Shown one piece after another: positions 57,094 through 64,000 of a stretch of DNA of 64,000 nucleotides. The position numbers and the translations under genes are program-made. The notes beneath the pieces were generated by a model. The model searched no databases. It saw only the letters and a program-made list of their open reading frames with translations, and was not told the origin of the DNA. Source of the DNA: Acidimicrobiia bacterium (GTDB lineage Bacteria; Actinomycetota; Acidimicrobiia; Acidimicrobiales; Bin134); the NCBI GenBank assembly GCA_009843865.1, contig VYCQ01000024.1, positions 2,638 to 66,637 on the forward strand. The letters run 5' to 3'. The first letter of the stretch is position 1. The number at the start of each line of letters is the position of its first letter.

Positions 57094-59565
57094 CTAAACC
57101 ACCACGTTTACCAGCTTAGGAGGGCGGGCGATCACCCGCTTTGGTGCAACACCGTTTAGCAGTGCCTTTACCTTCTCGGAAGCCAGTGCTAGAGCCTCAG
57201 CATCGCGCTGAGCAATATCGGCAACCACCTCTATGCGGTCACGCACCTTACCATTTACCTGCACCACCATCGTTACCATCTCCGCTATCAGCTTGTCTGG
57301 ATCAGCTACGGGCCAGCGCTGCGCGTGAACGTTGTCGCCCCGACGCAGCTCCCAAAGCTCAGCGCAAATATGAGGCACCATAGGAGCCATCACCAACAAT
57401 AAGGAATCAACAGCAAACGCAAGAGTGTCATGATGTGGGCCTTGTTCTAACTGCACATAGCGATACAAATCATTGGTGAACTCCATACAGCCAGCCACCG
57501 CAGTGTTATAAGACCAGCGATTCAACTCACCTGTAATGCGGTCTATGTGGCGATGGGTGGCAACATCAATGGCTTCATCTGCTGAGATGATCGGACCAGA
57601 GCGAGCCTGCTTGGCCAGATCAGCCGTGCCCGCAGCCAACCGCCAGAGCCTACCCAAAAAACGAGCACAACCCTCAAGACCAAAATCCTCCCAGTCAACA
57701 TCTTCGGCTGGAGGCTTAACCTGCAAAATAGCCAAGCGCAAAGAATCTGCACCATAGGCATCAATAATGTCTTCAGGTGCCACTACATTGCCCCGATTCT
57801 TAGACATCTTCCCGCCGCCCATGCGCACCATACCCTGCGTAAACAAACGCTGGAAGGGCTCACGCAACCCAGCAGGGGCTACCCCCAAATCTGATAAGGC
57901 TTTGGTAAAAAAGCGTGCATACATGAGGTGCAAGATGGCGTGCTCCACTCCACCGATGTACTGATCTACAGGCAACCAACGCTCAAGGGCCTCATGGCTA
58001 AAAGGCAGCTCGCGATTATGAGGATCAGCAAAACGTAAGAAATACCAAGAGGAATCCACAAAAGTGTCCATGGTGTCTGTCTCACGCCAGGCCGAGCCTG
58101 CACACTTGGGGCACGAAACGTTGCAGAAATCGGCGTTGTCCAACAAGGGAGAGCGCCCAGTAGGCATGAATGCAACGTCGTCTGGCAAAGTAATGGGCAG
58201 ATTTTCATCGGGTACCGGTACTGCCCCGCAATGCTCGCAGTACACAATAGGGATCGGGCAACCCCAGTAACGCTGCCGGGACAGCAGCCAATCTCGCAAA
58301 CGATAGTTGACCTTGCTTTGACCGATGCCTTTACTTTCTAGCCAAGCGATGGCCGCGGCCTTCGCCTCGGTCATTTCCATACCGTTCAACCAGTCGCTGT
58401 TAATGGCTAGCCCATCACCCGTATAGGCCTCGCCAGTAAAGTCTGATGGGGGCTGCACTGTACGAATAATGGGCAGGTCATAAGCCTTGGCAAAGTCCCA
58501 GTCGCGTTGATCCTCGCCGGGCACAGCCATGATTGCGCCGGTACCATAAGTAGTAAGTACATAATCGGCCAAAAACAGCGGAATAGACTTGCCATTGAAG
58601 GGGTTGATGACACGAGTACCCGTATCCACCCCCCGCTTGTCAGCAGGACCACCCTGCGAGAGCCGTTCGATTTCACTACGTTCGGAGACTGCGGCTACGA
58701 AAGCCTCCACCTCGTTACAACGTTCTGGTGCGGTTAGCTCACCAACCCGCGGATGTTCGGGAGACATCACCGCAAAGGTCATCCCAAAGCTGGTATCTGG
58801 CCTGGTTGTGAACACGGCTACACCATCGGTATCACTACAGGGATTGCCGTTAGCATCTGCGATGGGCAGAACGAACTCCACACCTTCTGAACGTCCAATC
58901 CAGTTGCGCTGCATGGTCTTGACCCTGCTTGGCCAATCCAAATCTTCAAGGCCGCTTAGCAACTCCTCTGCGTATGCAGTTATACGGTAGAACCACTGTT
59001 CGAGTTCGCGCTGCTGAGTCGGTTGGCTGCAACGTTCGCAGTTGCCATCACCAAGAACCTGCTCGTTGGCCAACACCGTTTGACAGCCAGGACACCAATT
59101 CACCGGAGCAGTGGCCCGATACACCAAACCCGCCTCATAAAAACGCAAGAAAATCCATTGAGTGAAACGGATGTAAGCGGGGTCGTGGCTACTAAAGGTG
59201 CGCCGCCAATCGTAAACAGCCCCTATGCGGCGCAGCGACGAGGAAAGCAGCTCGATATTGGCATCGGTATAAACACGAGGGTGTGTACCGGTCTTGATGG
59301 CAGCGTTCTCGGCTGGCAAACCAAAGCTGTCAAACCCTATAGGCGAGAGCACAGCATCGCCTTGCATGGTGCGATAACGCACCAGCAAATCCCCAAAGGT
59401 GTAATTGCGAACGTGACCGATGTGGGCGTGCCCGCTGGGATATGGATACATGGACAACACGTAACAACTCGGGCGAGGGTCGGCATTATCCACTTCATAA
59501 GTGGCATCATCAAGCCAGCGCTGCTGCCATTTGGGCTCAATGCTCGCAGGGTTATAGCCGTCCAT
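57094..59565 (-). CDS. leuS: leucine--tRNA ligase
   Basis: HIGH motif ([13 protein letters not shown]), CP1 editing domain, and KMSKS motif (KMSKNRGN). Confidence 0.97.
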   Translation of the reverse strand: MDGYNPASIEPKWQQRWLDDATYEVDNADPRPSCYVLSMYPYPSGHAHIGHVRNYTFGDLLVRYRTMQGDAVLSPIGFDSFGLPAENAAIKTGTHPRVYTDANIELLSSSLRRIGAVYDWRRTFSSHDPAYIRFTQWIFLRFYEAGLVYRATAPVNWCPGCQTVLANEQVLGDGNCERCSQPTQQRELEQWFYRITAYAEELLSGLEDLDWPSRVKTMQRNWIGRSEGVEFVLPIADANGNPCSDTDGVAVFTTRPDTSFGMTFAVMSPEHPRVGELTAPERCNEVEAFVAAVSERSEIERLSQGGPADKRGVDTGTRVINPFNGKSIPLFLADYVLTTYGTGAIMAVPGEDQRDWDFAKAYDLPIIRTVQPPSDFTGEAYTGDGLAINSDWLNGMEMTEAKAAAIAWLESKGIGQSKVNYRLRDWLLSRQRYWGCPIPIVYCEHCGAVPVPDENLPITLPDDVAFMPTGRSPLLDNADFCNVSCPKCAGSAWRETDTMDTFVDSSWYFLRFADPHNRELPFSHEALERWLPVDQYIGGVEHAILHLMYARFFTKALSDLGVAPAGLREPFQRLFTQGMVRMGGGKMSKNRGNVVAPEDIIDAYGADSLRLAILQVKPPAEDVDWEDFGLEGCARFLGRLWRLAAGTADLAKQARSGPIISADEAIDVATHRHIDRITGELNRWSYNTAVAGCMEFTNDLYRYVQLEQGPHHDTLAFAVDSLLLVMAPMVPHICAELWELRRGDNVHAQRWPVADPDKLIAEMVTMVVQVNGKVRDRIEVVADIAQRDAEALALASEKVKALLNGVAPKRVIARPPKLVNVVV

Positions 59566-59657
59566 TGTTGCTCAATCTACCGAGCAGCTCTCAGATTCAA
59601 ATAACCGTAATCTCATACAGGCTAACAGGCTAGTGGCTGTTAGAGTGTGGCGTTCAC

Positions 59658-59731
<74 letters not shown>

Positions 59732-59791
59732 CTCGCTAACGAGTCTATTAAACCAGCGACTCTGCCCTTGCAATCCAATCTAACAGCGAAG

Positions 59792-60205
59792 CTACAGGCT
59801 AGTAGGGGTTAGGGCGGGGCAATCCTTCCAGAGTTGATCTAAGGCATAGTACTCGCGTGCTGTGGGGGTGAAGATGTGTACTACAAAGTCGCCGTAATCC
59901 ATGAGCACCCATTCGTATTCGCCTAGGCCCTCAATGCTGCTTGGCTTAGGTCCACCACAGGCATCTACGGATTCTTCAATCTTCTCAGCAAGCGCTCGCA
60001 CCGCTCGAGCATTTAGACCGCTGGTGATCACAAAGTGATCGGTAATCGTCAGCACCTCGCCTACATCAATGATGACCGTATCTGACCCCGGCCCCTCATT
60101 TGCAGCGGTTACCGCAGCCTGAACCCACCCAGATACATTGTCGTCTACATTGTCGCCAGCCACCTCATCTGCTGGCATGTTTATTGGCATCTTGTCAGCA
60201 GTCAC
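59792..60205 (-). CDS. rsfS: ribosome silencing factor RsfS
   Basis: Iojap-like core with DHFVITSG.N.R...A, WVLMDYGDFVVHIF and REYYALDQLW. It has an acidic N-terminal extension. Confidence 0.88.
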   Translation of the reverse strand: MTADKMPINMPADEVAGDNVDDNVSGWVQAAVTAANEGPGSDTVIIDVGEVLTITDHFVITSGLNARAVRALAEKIEESVDACGGPKPSSIEGLGEYEWVLMDYGDFVVHIFTPTAREYYALDQLWKDCPALTPTSL

Positions 60206-60292
60206 CTTACCAACTGATACCTTGTCAACAAGGCTGACTCAACAGGGTTAAAGCAACAGGGCCGAAGCTCATACAACGATCACAATCATACT

Positions 60293-61510
60293 TTAACCCT
60301 GTGTTGCGACACTTGAGACAAAATCATTCCCCAAGACAACCGTAATATCGATTTCTAACTCGGTTGCCTCCTCAGCCACGACCGTACCCACGCCTAACGC
60401 AGCACGCAGAGACTCAGCGGCAGCAGCATAGGCAACATCGTGATAACCGATCCGTGTGGTTGGCCAGCCGAACTGCCCCGCATTGCCCACAACGGTGATG
60501 TCAACCTCGGCCCGGCTCAGGATACGTACAGCAGCATCAGCACGACTCAAGTCGCCTGAACCATTTAACAAGCGCACACGAGGAGCACTGGTGTTTGCAG
60601 TAGCTATCTGAAATGGCACCACTTCGCGGATCAAGTCGGTTACAGCTTGGGCATCTAAGCTAATCGCACCGTTGGCATCAAGAGCACCTGGCAGTGCCAG
60701 CACACGGCTTTGCCCCAAAGCCAACGTAGGTACAAACCGACCTATACCCCGATCAACCTCGCCTGGTATCACCAAAGCGTCACCAGGTTCAGAACCCAAG
60801 GCCACCGACACCTGTGCCAACCACGCCTCCCAAAAGGTTGCCTGGCGAAACATGGCAGCCAAGGGCGACTCCTGAGAGTTCCGCCATTGTAGATATAAAC
60901 CAACATCGGCTGACGACAACAAGGTCATCCCCGAAGAAAAAGCCACCTCACCGTTAGCAGCAATTAATGGATCAGGGTTGTGTACCCGCACAGGTACCGT
61001 GGCCGCTACAAGAGCTGCCCAACCAGCATCGTCCACTACCTGCACCTCACCGGGTATGGTGCCCAATAGCTCAACCATCGCGCTTGCTACCCCATCACTA
61101 CCAGACTGCACCCAAACAGTGCGCAGCGATCCAGTAGCCGTGATCGTCTCTGGTGCAATAAGCAACACCGCACCCTCGGTACCAGCATCAGTAAGCGCTA
61201 AAAATGCCAAACTATGAAGCCGCTCTGGATCACCGTGAATTAGCAACAAGGTAGGCGTCGGCTCAACAAACGCCTGAAAACCCGGCTGCGACCTATCTAG
61301 CTCCTGGCTCACGTTAGTGCCGTCGCTGCTATTGAAAATGGCCGTCCAACCAACCCAAACCAGCAAAGGCACAGCAATCGCCAACGCCAGCAACAGCAAC
61401 GGCCAACCCACACGCCAAAAACCCCCGCCAGCAGCTCGCTGAGAAGCCAAAAAATGGCGCAGATTAGAATCCATGCAACTTAAAATCCATATAGGTGCTC
61501 TTGACGACAA
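60293..61510 (-). CDS. membrane-anchored LytR_C domain-containing protein
   Basis: One N-terminal TM helix and a C-terminal LytR_C-like module (RVRLLNGSG..., ITVVLGNDF). This is the conserved actinobacterial position between nadD and rsfS. Confidence 0.6.
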   Translation of the reverse strand: MSSRAPIWILSCMDSNLRHFLASQRAAGGGFWRVGWPLLLLALAIAVPLLVWVGWTAIFNSSDGTNVSQELDRSQPGFQAFVEPTPTLLLIHGDPERLHSLAFLALTDAGTEGAVLLIAPETITATGSLRTVWVQSGSDGVASAMVELLGTIPGEVQVVDDAGWAALVAATVPVRVHNPDPLIAANGEVAFSSGMTLLSSADVGLYLQWRNSQESPLAAMFRQATFWEAWLAQVSVALGSEPGDALVIPGEVDRGIGRFVPTLALGQSRVLALPGALDANGAISLDAQAVTDLIREVVPFQIATANTSAPRVRLLNGSGDLSRADAAVRILSRAEVDITVVGNAGQFGWPTTRIGYHDVAYAAAAESLRAALGVGTVVAEEATELEIDITVVLGNDFVSSVATQG

Positions 61511-62085
61511 TAAGCCAGAGCTTGAGCAGGGACTAGCCCGTCGAGCGGCTTACCTTCTTGAGCCCACTGCCGCACTTGACTACTAGAAACCTGCAATGCA
61601 GGACACCACACCATCTGACATGGCAACGAAAGGCGCTGGGTTTGCATACCAGGGCGATCCACCACCACAACTTCAGCTAGCTCCGCAACCTCAGTCCACC
61701 GATACCAGGTGTCCATCTCGGCGGCTACATCGCTACCAACAATGAGAAATAGCCCACAAGATGGGTACGCATCTCGATACGCCTCCAAAGTCTCAACTGT
61801 ATAGGTACTCCCACCCCGGTCTATTTCTATGGATGAGGCAACCAAACCATCCATCCCATCTACAACAGCTTCCACCATAGCCAAGCGATGCTGAGGAGCA
61901 ACCATCTTTGTGGCTGCTGAAACGTCTCCGGTCACAGAGTCTTTACCTAACTTTTGCCAAGGCTCATTGGCCACAACCAGCTCTACCCTGTCTAGCTGAA
62001 GCGCAGCTTTGACCCATAAAGCCACTACAACATGTCCTACATGAAGCGGGTCAAATGTACCCCCAAAGACACCGATGCCACCCAT
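61480..62085 (-). CDS. nadD: nicotinate-nucleotide adenylyltransferase
   Basis: GVFGGTFDPLHVGHV (the (H/T)xGH motif) and a C-terminal SSSQVR (ISSTxxR-like). Confidence 0.9.
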   Translation of the reverse strand: MGGIGVFGGTFDPLHVGHVVVALWVKAALQLDRVELVVANEPWQKLGKDSVTGDVSAATKMVAPQHRLAMVEAVVDGMDGLVASSIEIDRGGSTYTVETLEAYRDAYPSCGLFLIVGSDVAAEMDTWYRWTEVAELAEVVVVDRPGMQTQRLSLPCQMVWCPALQVSSSQVRQWAQEGKPLDGLVPAQALAYCRQEHLYGF

Positions 62086-62246
62086 AACAAAAAATTAATG
62101 CGACAAGACGTATGCTGTGACGGTATTTTTATATTTATACAAATAGCTGCACCTGGGAAAGCCCAAGACAACAGATTAGAGCCTTGGGAACAAAATAAGG
62201 CGTAGTGATGTTGCAGCTTACAGGCAAGTAAAGAAGACAGGAAGAC

Positions 62247-63080
62247 ATGGACGATTCAACAGGCCATTATCTCAATGGCATCGGCTTAGTGCCACTACTT
62301 ACCAAAGAAGACGAAGTAAATCTCGCTAAGACCATCGAACGAGGCCGCGAAGCGCAAGCCGAGTTAGACGCTGGCAAACGCAACCCGCGCCTAAAGACAC
62401 ATGTGCGAAACGCTGAGCGGGCACAGGAACAATTTATCCGAGCCAACCTGCGTTTGGTGGTAAGCGTAGCCAAAAAATACCCGCTACCCACCGGCATGGA
62501 ACTCCTAGATCTAATCCAGGAAGGCAATCTGGGGTTGGATCGAGCAGTAGACAAGTTTGACTGGCGTAAAGGCTTTAAGTTTTCCACCTACGCCACGTTT
62601 TGGATCCGCCAATCTATCGGGCGGGCACTAGACCAAAAAGCCAACCTCATCCGCCTGCCTGGAGAACGAGCTGCTAGCTTGCGTGCTGCGGTGCGCCAAG
62701 CCAGCGGAGGTGGCGAAGAACTAGATACCGAGAATGCATTGTTACATCGCCTGACTTCGCCCACTTCATTGAACACCACAGTGGGCGATGACAACAGCAA
62801 TGAGCTATTGGATCTGCAACCCGACACTAATGCCAGCCCTGAAGACCTAATCTTGGCAGCCGACCGAATGAACACCTTGTCAGAGCTGCTGCAAGTACTA
62901 GATGAGCGTTCTCGCTTTGCACTAGAAATGCGCTTTGGCTTGGTAGATGGGCAAAAACACAGTTACCGCGAAATTGGTGAGGTACTAGGTTTAACTTCAG
63001 AAGCCATTCGCCGCATTATCGGACGATCCCTTGACTCAGTGCGAGATCACGCCGAACTACTTAACATAGACGCAGCCTGA
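62247..63080 (+). CDS. sigma-70 family RNA polymerase sigma factor (principal-like, group 2, no long region 1.1)
   Basis: Region 1.2 (YLNGIGLVPLLTKEDEV), region 2 (NLRLVVSVAKKY, DLIQEGNLGL..AVDKFD...G.KFSTYATFWIRQ), and region 4 HTH (SYREIGEVLGLTSEAIRRI). Confidence 0.9.
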   Translation: MDDSTGHYLNGIGLVPLLTKEDEVNLAKTIERGREAQAELDAGKRNPRLKTHVRNAERAQEQFIRANLRLVVSVAKKYPLPTGMELLDLIQEGNLGLDRAVDKFDWRKGFKFSTYATFWIRQSIGRALDQKANLIRLPGERAASLRAAVRQASGGGEELDTENALLHRLTSPTSLNTTVGDDNSNELLDLQPDTNASPEDLILAADRMNTLSELLQVLDERSRFALEMRFGLVDGQKHSYREIGEVLGLTSEAIRRIIGRSLDSVRDHAELLNIDAA

Positions 63081-63095
63081 TATTGCTGCACGTTA

Positions 63096-64000
63096 ATGAC
63101 TGCTTGGCAACCTGACTCGTGGCGCGATCGACCCGCCGCTCAGCAACCCCAATGGCCCGACACAGTCTCGCTGACAAAAATACGCAGCACCTTAGCCGGG
63201 CTACCCCCGCTGGTATTTGCCGGTGAAGCCTGCAACCTGCTTAACGACTTAGGCGAGGTCTGCGCTGGGCAAGCATTCGTGCTGCAAGCTGGCGACTGCG
63301 CCGAATCGTTTGACAAGGTAACCGCCGACAGCATCCGCAACAAGCTAAAGGTGATCTTGCAAATGGCCGTGGTACTGACCTTTTCGGCTGGCGTACCCAC
63401 AGTAAAGATAGGCCGCATTGCTGGGCAGTTTGCAAAACCACGCTCATCTTCCACCGAAGTAGTGAACGGTGTGGAATTGCCTTCCTTCAGAGGCCATATG
63501 GTGAACGATGCAAACTTTTCAAAAGATGCCCGCAATGCCGATGCCGAACGACTAGTGCGTGCATACCACCAATCGGCCTACACATTAAACTTGCTGAGAG
63601 CCTTCACCAAAGGAGGCTACGCTGACCTGCGCCAAGTGCAGATGTGGAACCAAGAGTTCATCGCCGCTAGCCCTGAGGGTCAGCGCTACCAAAGCGTAGC
63701 CGAAGGTATTGAGTCTGCACTGCGCTTCATGGCCGCCTGCGGGATTGCACTAAATGCTCCTGAGCTGCATCAAGTGGACTTTTACACCAGTCACGAAGCA
63801 CTAGTGCTGGACTATGAACAAGCCCTGACCCGCCAAGATTCCATAACCAACGAATGGTACGACTGCTCAGCTCACATGTTGTGGGTGGGCGAACGCACCC
63901 GACAACTAAACGGTGCCCATGTAGAGTTCTTAAGGGGTATAAAAAACCCAGTGGGATGCAAACTGGGCCCCTCCGCCACCTCCCAAGAGGTGCTGGGATT
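63096..64000 (+). CDS. aroG: class II 3-deoxy-7-phosphoheptulonate (DAHP) synthase, N-terminal ~300 aa (runs off the window)
   Basis: Hand translation from ATG 63096 gives MTAWQPDSWRDRPAAQQPQWPD...LPPLVFAGEA...FVLQAGDCAESF...KIGRIAGQFAKPRSS, typical of class II DAHPS. The frame has no stop before the window end. Confidence 0.88.
   Translation, partial: MTAWQPDSWRDRPAAQQPQWPDTVSLTKIRSTLAGLPPLVFAGEACNLLNDLGEVCAGQAFVLQAGDCAESFDKVTADSIRNKLKVILQMAVVLTFSAGVPTVKIGRIAGQFAKPRSSSTEVVNGVELPSFRGHMVNDANFSKDARNADAERLVRAYHQSAYTLNLLRAFTKGGYADLRQVQMWNQEFIAASPEGQRYQSVAEGIESALRFMAACGIALNAPELHQVDFYTSHEALVLDYEQALTRQDSITNEWYDCSAHMLWVGERTRQLNGAHVEFLRGIKNPVGCKLGPSATSQEVLG

Noticed and set aside
59023-59604. 193-aa plus-strand ORF antisense to the leuS 5' region, and similar long antisense ORFs (e.g. 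23441-23974 in ftsK, 36412-36870 in the Mo-hydroxylase gene, 20882-21334 in the CaCA gene, 48302-48745 in dnaJ, 63140-63535 in the DAHP synthase gene)
   Set aside because: All lie fully inside strongly supported genes on the opposite strand. They have Pro/Arg/Ser/Thr-biased compositions typical of antisense frames and show no domain signatures.
59566-59657. Possible T-box or other leader upstream of leuS
   Set aside because: Only about 90 nt are available before the tRNA gene, too short for a T-box. No specifier/T-box consensus was seen, and only a 7-bp dyad (CTAACAG/CTGTTAG) is present.

Overview
This window is a densely packed, mostly minus-strand stretch of conserved housekeeping chromosome. 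I see no CRISPR array, transposase, integrase, phage block or recognisable defence or toxin cluster. Gene content and order (nadD-rsfS-leuS-comEA-comEC-holA / rpsT / lepA-hrcA-dnaJ-rsmE; rpsO-pnp-dapB; dapA-rnj-ftsK; rimO-pgsA-cinA / recA-miaB-miaA-dapF-hflX; nrdJ, class II DAHP synthase, PAC2, DUF3499) point to an Actinomycetota genome of moderate GC (judged by eye, not computed). It may be an Acidimicrobiia-like lineage, but that is inference only. I call 56 protein-coding genes (two are partial at the window edges), one tRNA-Ala(GGC), and a candidate SAM-I-clan riboswitch ahead of metX. I do not find a convincing undescribed multi-gene system. The observations most worth a second look are: (1) a ~115-residue Arg/Asp mixed-charge C-terminal tail on PNPase; (2) a co-directional ribokinase / ACT-domain 2-hydroxyacid dehydrogenase / DUF1015 trio, the last two with overlapping stop and start; (3) an orphan molybdopterin hydroxylase large subunit; (4) a LysR regulator whose stop overlaps the start of a lone carboxyltransferase; (5) two unusually long non-coding gaps, recA-msrB and the nrdJ leader; (6) several small repeat and palindrome structures read directly from the sequence. 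All product calls rest on motif recognition by eye, with no database search.
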